Shown here: one piece after another, positions 13,436 to 25,590 of the stretch
Layout of the letters: every line of letters begins with the position of its first letter
Numbering within the stretch: position 1 is the first letter of the stretch
NCBI GenBank assembly: GCA_013239625.1
Contig: MU056050.1
Coordinates: 30,337 to 94,336, forward strand
From: Lama guanicoe
Lineage: Eukaryota
Length of the DNA stretch: 64,000 nt
Direction: 5' to 3'
Notes under the pieces: model-generated
The model's input: only the letters and a program-made list of their open reading frames with translations
Databases searched by the model: none
What the model was told of the DNA's origin: nothing
Position numbers and translations under genes: made by a program

Positions 13436-16400
13436 GTTGTGTGTACACTGATAGCCAGAGCTCCCACAACTGCTTGTGGGGCCAGATCTGGCCCTGTCCC
13501 ATGTCACTGGGGCCCTTGCAACTGCCAGTGTGCCCACAGTTGGCCCAGGCCTTTTCTGCTGGCCCTGGCTCCCACCACTACGTTTGTGTCTGTAACTGGC
13601 CCCTGCCACTGCACAGGCACCTGCAGCTACCCCCCACAGCTGAGTGTGCACAGACCACCAGCTCTAGCCACCACCCCTGCCTGCCCTGGTCATTAGATGC
13701 AGGACTGGAGGCACAGCTAAGAACTCCTATAGCCCTGGCAGCCACTTAGACTCCCTCCAACAATTTTTGGGGGCACTCAGCCTACTCCTCTCACTTTACA
13801 GATGAGGGAACACAGGCCCATAGCAGATAAATGGCCTTCAAAAGAGAGCATGCATTCTGGAAAAGGCCAGCCTCTGAGTGGCCATGCCCTCCCTCAGGCC
13901 CAAGTCACCCACCCAGGTACAGTCAGTGCCCACTACCCCAGATTCAGCTGCTCAGTGCCTACCACCTCCATTCTGCTCAGAACTCTTCACAGGGCTACAG
14001 ACTTAAGGCTCTGCTCTGAGCCTCAGCTCTGGGCCAGTCTACCTCTAAGAAAAGTAAGCAACCTCTACTGTTATACTGACCTACTTTGGACTCTATAGTT
14101 TATACAACAACTGTAGGGGACCTTTGCAGTTATCCAGTCCACTGCCTTCATTCTTCCGATGAGTGAGTGCAGGCATAGAGCAGTGGCGTGGCCGGCTCAA
14201 GAGAACATTCAGAGTCCAGCTTAGAGAAGGCCAACAATTACGGCAACATACACCAGCCAGGTTCATAGCCTGACATTTACTACACCATCCTGCCCAGAAA
14301 CCTTTCACTTAGGGCTGAAGACTCAAGGCTTCTCCCCCAAGCCATGGCACTGGATGAGTTTTTAGGAATGGGCCATTTTTTATTTTTCTAGGAAAAGTAG
14401 ACGATCTCCCCAGAAGGCATGCAGTATCTACCTTGGTGTCCATTCTTGTGGGCCTTGAGAAAGTGATTCAATTTGTACTTTCCTTACAAAAGGCCAGGTG
14501 TGACTTCACTGTAACTCTCTTTTCTCCTAATCTTCTTGCACATCTGTGCCTGCCAACTGACAGAACAATGCTTGAGCACCAACCAGCTCTGTGCTTATGT
14601 TGAATTAATTTTTATTTTTGGAAAGCAGGCTAATATCTTGGAAACCGTTCTCCCAATATTTTAGAAACAAAGAATACAAGACTCCTTCTGAAAGCATGTT
14701 CTGTTGTGTTATACAAAGACAAGTGATTTCAGAGGCAGCATTCAGGCATGGATGGCAAAGCTGGTACACATGTGCCCCTTCAAAGCCCAGTCCCCAGATA
14801 GAACCAGGGCCTCTATGACAACTGCAGAGTTGGATTAGGATCTTCTATTTTAAGGCCAAGTATCTTAGTTTAGGAAAAATAATGGAAGCAAGACAGAGAA
14901 CAAGAAATACTCTCTGTCTCATACCCCTTGAATGAGGGAGACAAAAAAATGAAACAAAGGATGCCTTGAAATCAGAAGTGGAAAAGCAGGATGTGGAGGC
15001 CTAGGGGAGAAAGAAATCCATGGCAATGGCTGAGCCCAGAGCTGTCTGGGGGTGTGGGGGAGCGAGGTGGCAAGCAGGGGCGAGGGGTAAAGCAGCTGGG
15101 TACTGCCTCTGGGAGGAAGTCAGAAGGGAACAAGGAAGTGGCTCTGGCCAGCTGGGCTTTACAAGAAAAAGATATAAGGGGAAAACAGAACTCAGGTTAA
15201 TATGTAAATCAGACCGTAACCTCCCTTTCCACATCCCCCATCACAAGGCCAAACAATAAGGCTACCCTCCTTTAACACAACTGGTCCTAAGAGATTTCAC
15301 ATTTCTCTCTGCTTCAGTTCACTCAAGGATGGGGAAATTGGAGACAATTGAAGGAAGGAGGATAGAACCAGTCACAGAAACTCCCTGACCTCAGTAACAG
15401 GACTAGTCTATAGTATCCATAGTCAGTTTTTTCCCAGCAAGTGATGAGTTTGCAGGACTGTGCTAGGAGGAATAACAGTGATAAACGTCGCAGCTGGTAT
15501 GTACTGGGGGTTCCTTATTATGTGACAGTCACTGGGTTAAGGTCTCAATATATATTGTCATTTACTCCTCACAACAGATATTAGTATTTTCATATTAAAT
15601 TTCAAAAAAACAGAGACACAGAGTGTTAATGTATTTTTACTTGAGATCAGGGCCTCTGTTGTATGCTTGGTTTGCAAGGGAAATGTAAGATGGTTTCTTT
15701 TAAAGTTATCTTTTATGAAATAGATGAGAGAGAGTATACTATCATGACTATCAACACAGAATCAGGAGTCGTTTACATAACACTTCTCTTTTTCAATTTC
15801 CTTGCCTATAAAATGGCGATAACAAAAATGCCTGCTGAATATGATTTTTATGAGGATGAACTCAGTTCACTGAAAGATTGAGAATCGTACCTGGTTCACT
15901 GTAACCTTTCTCTGTAAGGTTTAGATATTATTCCTGTTATTAATATTATTAGTAGTAGGAGAATGAATGGTGTTCTTTTAAATGCTCTTAATTAGTAAAA
16001 TGAAAAGATTATGACCCATGTCAGAACCCAGTTTTATTTTATTAATATTATTAGTTTGTGAAATCTCCAAGGCTGGGAGCCCCTGCCCTTAACCACTGTG
16101 CTTTGTATATGGAGTGGTGGGTTTCTCATGTTGAGACAATTGGTCTCAATCCCAACAAAGAAAGGAAAGTACTTTGCTAAGTGTCCTCTCTGAGCTCACT
16201 GCCTAGAAGATACCACGCACACCCAGGACCCCCACACAGACTGTGCTGCTGAGGTGGCATGGAGAGTTAGAGGCCTGCCGGGGGTGGGGGAGAAGGGAGT
16301 GTGGAAGGTGGTGTGGCTTAATAGGAAGGAGAAAAACTTTGGACTTGGAGGGATTAAATCAGTTCTGCCAGATACTAGCTTTATGACTTTGGACAGATTG

Positions 16401-16989
16401 TTGCAGCTTTCTGAGTCTCATCTGTACAATGGGATTTTAAGAGTACTTAGTTCATAGAACTGAAAGAAGATGAAATGAAGAGATTCATGTAGAGCACTCA
16501 GAACAAGGCCTGGTGTGCAGTGGGTGTTCAGTACACATTAGCTACTGCAATGATGATGGATGATGAAGAGACTAACAACACACGGAATAAAAAAGTAGAG
16601 GAATCAGAAAGAGCCCACTGCTTCCTTGAAGCTGGGAGAATTTTCTCAGTACTACAGGGGCAGATGTGTCTTGAGCTTTCCCTCATTAGGGTCAGCGGCC
16701 AGCAGCCAAGGAAGAAGGATGACTTGTATGGAGCACGCAGGCTCCAGAGCTATGAATACTGCCGATGATGGTGACTGGCCTCAGTTCTGCTCACTTGTCT
16801 GGTTTCCCTAAAGCCTATCAGGCCAACTGCTGTGAACCTTCTAGTGCCACAGCAGGCCCCAAACCATAGCCCTGCCCTCTTCCTGGGCACAGAAATAAAC
16901 GGTTACTGCAAAAATAACAAAAAGTGACAGGAAGAAAAGAACAATGTAAAAATGGTAATCAGGCGCCCTCTTCTGGACAATTTGGGCAA

Positions 16990-17090
16990 GGGCATCCCAA
17001 AGACATTTGGATCTGGTCACTCAGTAATGGGGCCTCAAAGGAGTTTGATGGGCTCCCCACTACGGAACTCAGGGCCAGGTACCATGGGAT
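16990..17090 (+). mobile_element. Possible ERVL gag-derived fragment
   Basis: Translates as KDIWIWSLSNGASKEFDGLPTTELRARY, resembling the ERVL gag motif LWxWLxxHGVPxxEIDxKPTxxLLxLY as I recall it. Confidence 0.35.
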
Positions 17091-17769
17091 AAGAGACTTG
17101 ATAGGTGGTCCCGCTAGAGTCTGCACGGTGATGGCCCTTTGCCTTTCTTGGCATATAGTCCAGTCTTCTACGGACCATTCACATTTAAAAGTGATTATTG
17201 ATACAGTTGGATTTATATCTACCGTGTTTGTAAATGTTCTGTATTTATTGCACTAGTTTTTTTTAAATATATCTTTTTCTACCTTCTCTGGTTTTAACTG
17301 AGCATTTTTTATTATTTAATTTTCTCTTTTCTCTTAGCATAACAGTTATATTTCTTTTTAATTTTTTAGTAGTTGCCCTAGGCATAGAGTGTGCAATATA
17401 AGTTTATAAGAAATCTAAGTCAACCTTCAAATAATACTATACCACTTCATGGGTAGTGTTAGCTTATAACAGAGAATTCCCAATTCCTCCTTCCCATCCC
17501 TTATAGCACTGCAGAGATTCATTTCACTTATCTATGCACTATAATCATCCAATACATTGTCGCTATTATTACTTTGAGCAGTTATGCATTACACTAAATA
17601 AGAATAAGAAACATAAAAGATTTTATTTTAACCTTCATTTATTCTTTCACTAACACGTTTCCTTTCTTTATGTGGATTTAAATTTCTGACCAATATCATG
17701 TTCTTTCTCTCTGAAGAACATCTTTTAATATTTATTGGTGAAAAATTCTCTCAGTTGTATTAGTCTGAG

Positions 17770-18165
17770 AGTTATGGACTGAATTGTATACCCCTCCAAA
17801 ATCCATTATGTTGAATCTCTAATTCCCAATGTGATTGTATTCAGAGATAGGGCTTTTAGGAGGTAATTAAGGTTCAATGAGATCATAAGGGTGCGTCCCT
17901 AATCCAATATGACTGGCGTCCTTATAAGAAAGGGAAGGGACACGAAGGATGCACATGTACGCAAAGAAAAGACCATGTGAGGAGACAGAAGCAAGACAGC
18001 CATCTGCAAGCCAGGCAGAGAGGCCACTGGAGAAAATAACCGTTCAGGCACAGTGACCTTTGATTTCCAGCTTCCAGAACTGTGAGAAAATAAACTTCTG
18101 TTGCTTAAGCCACCTATTCTTTAAATTTCTGTGGTATTTTGTTATAGAAGCCTTGCAAACAAATG
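17770..18165 (+). mobile_element. MLT1B-like MaLR solo LTR nested in L1M
   Basis: gttatggactgaattgtatacccc...cagagatagggcttttaggaggtaattaagg...cttccagaactgtgagaaaataaacttctgttgcttaagccacc. Confidence 0.8.
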
Positions 18166-18198
18166 CACTAAGGAAGTCTTTATTTTCCCTTCACTTTT

Positions 18199-18397
18199 TA
18201 AAATATATTTTTATTGAAGTATAGTCAGTTTACAATGTAGTGTCAATTTCTGGTGTACAGCATGGCGTACAGTCATACATGGACATACGTATATTTGTTT
18301 TCATATTCTTTTCACCATAAGTTACTACAAGACATTGAATATAGTTCCCTGCACTATACAGTATGAACTTGCTGTTCATTTTATATATATTAGTTAG
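18199..18397 (-). mobile_element. Short L1 3' end with perfect TSD
   Basis: TSD tcccttcactttt at 18186-18198 and 18398-18410. Confidence 0.85.
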
Positions 18398-20204
18398 TCC
18401 CTTCACTTTTGAAGGATGATTTTTCTGGATATAGACTCCTAGGTGTTGGGTTTTTCTTTCAACACTTTAAATATTTCATTCCACTCTCTTCCTGCTTTCA
18501 TTATTTCTGAAGTGAAGTCTGATGTAATTCTTATTTGTGTTCCTCTCTAGGTAAGGTGTTTTTTCTCTGATTCTTTTCAAGATTTTCTCTTTGTGTTTTG
18601 TTTTCTGCAATTTGAATATAATATGCTTAGGTGTATATAACTTCTGGCATTTATCCTGCCTGGTGTTCTCTGAACTTCCTAGATATATGGTGTGGTTTCT
18701 GTCATTACTTTTAGAAAAATCTCAACCAAATATTTCCTCTGTTTCTTTCTCTCTTCTGCTTTTGGTAGTCCCATTACATATATGTTATACCTTTTATAAT
18801 TGTCTTACAGCAATTGGAAGATATTCTATTCGGTTTTTTATTAATTATTTTTTTTTTCTCTTTGCATTTCAGCCTGGGAAGTTTCTACTGATATATCTTC
18901 AGGCTCTCTGATTCTAATCCCAGCTCTTTCCAATCATCTGATAGGTCCATGAAATGCATTCTTTCTTCATTTACAATGTTTTTTATTCTAGTAATTCCTT
19001 TGTATACTTTCTAAGGGTTTCTATGTCTCAGTCTACATTATGTATGTTATCCACTTTCCCACTAGAACCCTTAGCATATTAATCTTACTTATTTTTAATT
19101 CTCAGTCTGATAATTTCAAAATCTCTGCTATGGCTGAATCTGGTTCTGACACTTGCTTTGTCTCTTCAGACTGTTTCTTCTTTCGTTTTATCAAGTCATG
19201 TAATTTTTTTTGTTGAAAGCCAACCATGAATTATCAGATATTAAGGACTAGACAGGCCTTTGTATGACATCTTATTGTTATCTGGCCAGGAGATATGCTG
19301 TGTTTACTGTTTTTTGTATATGTAGTATCAGAGGATTCAATTTCCATAAGTGTCTGTTTTTGTCTTCTGGCATCTTGCATTTCCCCCAGAAACCCCTTCT
19401 TAAATAGAGTCTGAGCCTTGCAGTTCTTTCAGTTGTGAGCCGCTGTTATTATACAGGCGCCCTTATTGATGTTTGGTCAGGTCTGGGTTGCGGCGATGTA
19501 TTATATAATCCTATGATCCAATCTCAGTCTTTTAGTGTGCCTGTCCTCCTGTTCTGTGACCTTCACAAGTGCTTCTCAGATTTCCCCTCCTGATGTGAAA
19601 GGGGATGGCTAGAGGGTCTGAAGATTGGTAATTTCCCTTACCCCAAGTCCAAAAAGACTCTGGTGAAGTCTTCTCCCTTGTTGGGTAGGCCATTGTTGTG
19701 GAGAATGTTCTTGGCTTATTTCAAAATTGTTACTTCTCCACACTTCCTGGCCAAAAACGAGGCAGTTTTTCTCTGATCTTTACCAAGAAAATCTGTGGAG
19801 GATCCTAGGGGTGAACACCATGATTGTTGGAGGGGGCTCACTTAGATTAGGCCCCCTCAAATTAGTTCACACTCAGGCACCAGCAATTCACTGACGCTAC
19901 CATTTAAGTACCAGTTTTACAGATTCCAGAAGTTTCAGTTTCAGGTGCACTGATCTGTATTCATTGTAATCTGTAATCGCCAGAATCACCTATTTCTACA
20001 GTTTGAAGGTTGCAATTTGTCCCGTGACCTCAATTCTGTGATTTATCCAAGAATAGTCATATATTTTTAATCTGTTCATATTTTTTTCTTGTGAAGATGG
20101 GAGTGATGATTTGTAAGCACTTCACATGTTGGAGCAGAATCTTTGCTTTAGATTTTAGACATTGTTTCTTTTAGCTCTTTGGACATATTAAAATATCTGA
20201 TGAG

Positions 20205-20497
20205 AGTCCATGACAAGACATGGAAGAGACTTAAATGCATTATTACTTAGTGAAGCAAGCCAATCTGAAAATGCTAAATACTGTATTATTCCAACTGTAT
20301 GACACTGTGGACAAGGCAAAACTATGGAGACAGAAAAAAGATGAGTGTTTGCCAGGGGTTGAGGGTCAGGGGAAGGAATGAGTAGGCAGAGCACAGAGGA
20401 TTTTTAGGGCAGTGAAAATGCTCTGTTTGATACTATAATGATGGATACACATCATTATATATTTGTCCAAACCCATAGAATGTACAACACTACAAGT
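20205..20497 (+). mobile_element. L1MC-like 3' fragment
   Basis: gacatggaagagacttaaatgcattattacttagtgaagcaagccaatctgaaa...atttgtccaaacccatagaatgtacaacac. Confidence 0.7.
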
Positions 20498-21629
20498 CCT
20501 CTGGTTAATTCTCCAAACTCCTTTGGAGCCCCTCTTCTCCTCACTCCTGATATCCAGCCACACCGCCTCTCCTGGGACATATGAAACCTTCCCAGCTCAG
20601 GATCTTTGCCCAACACTTTTCATCTGGCTTATTTATCCTTCAGATTAAGCTTTCTTGTCCCTTCCTTGGAATTGACTTCTACAGCCTAAATGAGAATCCA
20701 TTGGATTCTCTCTCCTTGTACCATGTTCCTTACGTGGATACATTTAGCACCACTTGTGTATTTATTAGTTTATTGTCTGGGTTCCCAATTGGGTGGCAAA
20801 TTTCATGACAGTAAGTAAAGCATCTGTCTTGCTCACTGATGTGTTTCCAGCACCTAGGCCAGTGCCCAGCTGCTGGACATATGTGAAACGAGTGAATAAG
20901 AGAGGTTTATTCATCCACTCTATGATGTTGATGTCATTAGCTCAGAATAGTTTAGTGATTTACCTGCTGTCACAGCTAGCGAGTGGAAATAAATGAGACC
21001 TCAGAATCTTACAGTTCTTAGGAGAATACATCATCTAGGAAAGTATTTGCTAAGGGAATGGAAAGTAGAGGTAGGGAGCAAGGAAGACTCCAGCCCACTG
21101 ACTCTTGGGGAGATGATCCTCCCAGGGAGGGGAGGTGTATCTTCTGTTTTCTTAATACAGACTGCTGAAAGACTGCCCTGGCTGGGAAGGATAATAGAAA
21201 ACACAGCGCTTTTCCTCTAAGGGTATATTTTCAGGTTTATCGGAAGGAAGCAGGTTTAAAGAGGCAATAGAAAAACCGCCCCCGGCTTTGTACCACTTCC
21301 TTAAGCAGAGCAAAGGGCTGCGGGGTGCGGGAGATGTCGGGGCACAGGCTATGCCAGAACCATGCTCGCTCGCATAGGGGAGAATAGGTGTTGGTGCCAC
21401 GGTATCCAGCACATCACTCTCGCACCCCGACAGACTCCCCTCAACCTCTCCCCAGTCTGCACATTACTTCTCAGACTCCAAACGCCCTCCACCACAGCCC
21501 CCCGCAAGCTCCACTTCACGCCATATCACCTCGCAGTCTCATATCACCCCACCAAGGGCCAGAGGCTTGCAAGGAAGCTGCGGGTGGGGAAGAGACTGCC
21601 AGGAGCATCTGCGGGCAGAGGCGGCGTGG

Positions 21630-21851
21630 AGCCAACTCCACAGCAGAGGGCGCTGGAGAGCCTCTTGGCACTCCCCGGCCAGACGCGCTTGCGCAGGGGC
21701 CGCCCCTGCGCGGGAATAACTCCCGGGCATGTAGTAAGCCAAGACCTGGCAGCTGCCGCCTTTCTAAAAAGCAGACTTCTTTCCTCATCTTCCTCTGCTC
21801 TGCAGTGAGTTCGCTAGTTTAAATGGCCCTATGCATAGAAGCAAAAGAAAG
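21630..21851 (+). pseudogene. Probable degenerate RHOX homeobox relic inside a CpG-rich patch
   Basis: TPQQRALESL then, after a frameshift, TPRPDALA resemble homeodomain helix 1/loop (FTxxQLxELESxFxxTQYPDxxxR); an exactly 46-nt AG/GT-bounded segment at 21806-21851 (EFASLNG..., cf. ELAxxLG) matches the diagnostic 46-nt paired-like homeobox exon. Confidence 0.45.
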
Positions 21852-23811
21852 GTTAGTTGTTGTTGTTGTTGTTGTTGTTGTTACTATTATTATCATCATC
21901 ATCATTGTTCAGATGTATAGGTAACAGGTGATATTAAGAAAGAAGCCTAGAGTCTTTGGAACAAGAACAGGAGTGGGGATTGTGTTTGGATAGTTTGCTT
22001 TTGTTTCTTTTTTTGGCTTGGGTTGCAGGGTATGCTGTTTCGGCATGTAATGAGGTTTTTTTGTTTGTTTGCCTGCCTGTTTGTTAATCTATAGGTTAAA
22101 AATGTTTTTTTCTGGGAAAAGACCCTTATTTTTCTAAAGGGATTTGACACATTTGTGGTGAAATCCGTTAACATTCCCTTCACAAGACTGGTGGGAAGGG
22201 AATAATGGGCACAACTTCATACGGCAGAGAAAACAGATAAAGCGTGAGGAGACCGTTTATCAACATTTAAATCCCCACAAGTCCTTTCTGTGTTGTTGTC
22301 ATTGTTTTAATAAAGAACTTCGCTAGGAATGAAATTGACTAAATCAAAGAATGTTAGAGCTGGAAGGAATTTTTGAAGTGAAATCACCTTCTCATCATTA
22401 TGTATGTGGAACAGGAGGCAGGGAGAGGGTAAGTGACGTTCAAAGCCTCACAGCACCAGAGTGCAGTCAGGGCTGATTTCCAGTCTGGAGCTCAAGAGGG
22501 AAGTAGTAACTCTCAGTGAAAGGGCAGTAGTGTGATTTTGAAAGATTTTATTCTATTCTTTATTACATGATTGTTGTAGGAAAAGTTGGGAGTAGTTAAT
22601 ATTTTAATTCACCTAGCATCCTATCATTTCAAAATGTTTATTGTTAGTATTTTTGCTGCATAATTTTCCAGATTTTTTCTTGTATAAAAGTACTGATAAA
22701 GATGCTATATTTACTAAAATTGAATCACACTATCCATACTTCTTTGCAATATAATTCCTAACAGATGCATAACTATTCTATTGAATGGAGGTACCTTCGT
22801 TAACTCTGGCTCTGGAATTTAGCGTCAACACAAATCACCACCTTTCTAGGCTCCAATTTCCTCATCCTTAAGTGGAAACAATTTAATGAAGGGCTGTCAT
22901 AAGGGGCTTTAATCACAGCCCCTTATGATAAACATATAAACTTTTTCAAATGCTAAACGCCTATAAAAGATGCTGCACTGAACTTTCCTGTTTATACATC
23001 TTTTGCTGAAGTAATGTCTATCTGTTGATCAGTGTGAATTTTTGTAGGAAAGTAGTGCAGTGGTGTAGGCTGGGTTTCAACTCTAGCTCTGGAATTTACT
23101 GCGTGTCTTTACACATATCACAACCTTTCCAGACTCCAATTTCCTCATCTTTAAGTGGAAGCAGTCAGACTACTGATTGCCTCCAGGTATTTGGAGGATT
23201 AAATGAGACAATACATGTTAAATAATTGGTTAGTGCCTAACACATAGCAAGTCTTAAATCAAAATTAGCTATTTATTATTATTATTATTATTATTATTTT
23301 ATTATTTTGAAGAACTAGTCTTCTTCAAAATAATAATAATAATTTCTATTACTCTTTAAAAGACAGTAATCAGAATTTCATGAAAAAGTTTTTAGGTGTA
23401 AAGCTTTAGTAGCTAAATTAATATTTCCTATTTCTAACTTAATTTATCCCTAGGATAACTTATAAATTTCCATGAAGTGTGGGCTGTAGAGCTGCTTACC
23501 ATGTTCTGGTTATAGAGCTTAATGCCAGTCGAAACAGAAAAGTGTAACTTTTCGTTGGAGGTTCTTATGTAAAAATCAACTGTTTTGTAATAAAGCCACC
23601 TCTGATTCTTTCTCCTTTGGAAAGTGCTTAAATCACAGCATATCCCGTACAATCAGCAGAATATCTGCTCTCACCTGTGCAGCATCCCAGTGCTGCTAAG
23701 CTTTTCTCCTCTGATTTTCTCTTGTATCCAAGGTCCCCCTCTAGTTCTTATTTAAATAGGTATGAGAGAGAGTACAGAAGCAGAAGTTCTTGCCTCTGAA
23801 ACTTTGCTTTT

Positions 23812-23943
23812 TTTAAAAAAAATATTTATTTTGTGGGGGGAGGTAATTAGTTTTTTTTAATTTTTAATGGAGGTACTGGGGATTGAACCCAGGACCTTGT
23901 GCATGCTAAGCATGTGCTCTACCCCTGAGCTATACCCTAACTC
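23812..23943 (-). mobile_element. Camelid Vic-1-like SINE with TSD
   Basis: Reverse complement gggtatagctcaggggtagagcacatgcttagcatgcacaaggtcctgggttcaatccccagtacctcc; TSD ctgaaactttgctttt (23796-23811) / ctgaaactctgctttt (23944-23959). Confidence 0.85.
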
Positions 23944-24134
23944 CTGAAACTCTGCTTTTAATCTGGGAAGATATCCATGAGTCACAGTGGGACAGATTTC
24001 AGGTTCATATTCCCATCGGAAGCTTTGGAAACTAATCACTGTTCTACCAAAGCCTATACAGCTAATCCGACCCTGTGTCACCTTTATTTCTCCAAGGGTT
24101 GTCAAAAAAGAAGGAAACATTCACTCTGTTTTAT

Positions 24135-24742
24135 TTATTTATATTTTAATTTTAAAAATTTAGGTAGAGTTGATGTACAATATTGTGTAAGTTTCAAATG
24201 TACAACATGGCAATTCACAATTTTAAAGATTATACATTTATAGTTATTGTAAAATATTGGTCATAATCCCTGTGCTGTACACTATATCCTTGTAGCTTAT
24301 TTATTTTATGCATAGTGGTTTTATATCTCTTAATCCCCTACCACTATCTTGTCCCTCCCCACTTCCCTCTCCCCACTAGTACCACTGGTTTGTTCTCTAT
24401 ATCTGTGAGTCTGTTTCTGTTTTGTTATATTCACTAGTTTGTTGTATTTTTTAGATTCCACAAATAAATGATATCACGCAGTATTTGTCTTTCTCTGTCT
24501 GACTTACTTAGTATGATGATGTCTAGGTCCATCCCTGTTGCTGCAAATGGCATTATTTCATTTTTAATGGCTGAGTAATATTCCATTGTATGTATACACC
24601 ACATCTCCTTTATCCATTAACCTGTTGATGGACACCGAGGTTGCTTCCATATCTTGGCTATTGTAAATAATGCTGCTGTGAAGACTGTGGTGTATGTATC
24701 TTCTTAAATTAGTGTTTTCATTTATTTGGCTATATACCCAGG
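24135..24742 (-). mobile_element. 5'-truncated L1
   Basis: Reverse L1 3'UTR and ORF2 tail (gtccatccctgttgctgcaaatggcattatttc, ggttgcttccatatcttggctattgtaaataatgctgc). Confidence 0.8.
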
Positions 24743-25121
24743 AATACTCACCCTCTTTGAAGAGCTGAGTGGACGGTTCACAGCTGGGTGGCCTACCTCA
24801 GAAGTCAGTAGTCAGTGACCAAAATTCACGGTGACCAGAATGTTTCCAAAATGCTGACTGTAACTCCATGCATACTTACTGTTCCTTCTTCTGCTCCACT
24901 GAGCATTGTGGACAGATACACTCAACAGGATTGGCGGAGTAAATGTGGTGCTTAAATGAGTCTTTCCCGGACACAGCTTTTGTTGAATCTGAGCACCAAA
25001 TGCTGGGAAATCCTTGTGTATAACTGAGGCTTGGAACAACCCCAGTGTGTCTTTGCCATGGGGTGCCATCCTCCTTTCCAGTGGTGACCAGTTACATTCT
25101 ACTGTAATGTCTCACACTTGT

Positions 25122-25516
25122 TGTAGTGGCTTTGTCATTTTAGCTAGGCTGGAACTATGTTTTCTGGGATTGTCTTCCCTGTTCTGAGTAAAGGTTGGCC
25201 AGAAGAAAAATTGGAGCAGGATTTGGGAGGTGGAAGTGGAGCAATAGCCATTATGTTCTGAAGTTTGGTGTAGGACCACTGGCACATGGTGGCACTGACC
25301 CTCTGGTACACCTTGTTGGTGTGGGACAGCAGTAGGGCCCACAGCAACTCCAGCCCACAAGATCTCCTCCTCCAACATCTCCAGATTCTGGGCCAAGTGC
25401 ATGTGCAGCCTTTCATAGACTTTTTCCTCAGCTCCCACGATCACATCAGGTCTAATCCCTATAATAAATCCCTCATTGCTTTTCACTCTGCTTCTCTGAT
25501 CAAAACCTATGACTGT
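25122..25516 (+). mobile_element. MLT2E/F-like ERVL LTR
   Basis: tgtagtggc...agctaggctggaacta...aatccctataataaatccctc...ctctgcttctctgatcaaa. Confidence 0.55.
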
Positions 25517-25590
25517 GTTTAGGTGAGTCTTATTTTACATCCAAATTTGAAACTCAGATACAGGATTACAGACATGACAAAAGAATTTTT

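Larger units (their letters stand above)
17185..20140 (-). mobile_element. Ancient L1M element with nested MLT1 and younger L1 insertions
   Basis: Long T-rich reverse L1 ORF1/inter-ORF signature (tttaaagtgattattgatacagttgg, ctgaagtgaagtctgatgtaattctt, ttagcatattaatc); boundaries approximate. Confidence 0.65.

Noticed and set aside
13361..13749. Cys/Pro-rich ORFs
   Set aside because: Adjacent to an L1 fragment and resemble degenerate L1 5'-region repeats; no domain
16305..16345. VWLNRKEK resembling homeodomain helix 3
   Set aside because: Wrong spacing (no WFxN), no acceptor, and it sits at the start of a MIR
23880..23940. tRNA-like sequence
   Set aside because: It is the SINE head, with tail and TSD; not a tRNA gene
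24960..25070. Minus-strand peptide HWGCSKPQLYTRISQH resembling a trypsin-like protease C-terminus
   Set aside because: Short similarity only; no GDSGGP or other catalytic motifs nearby and a stop follows
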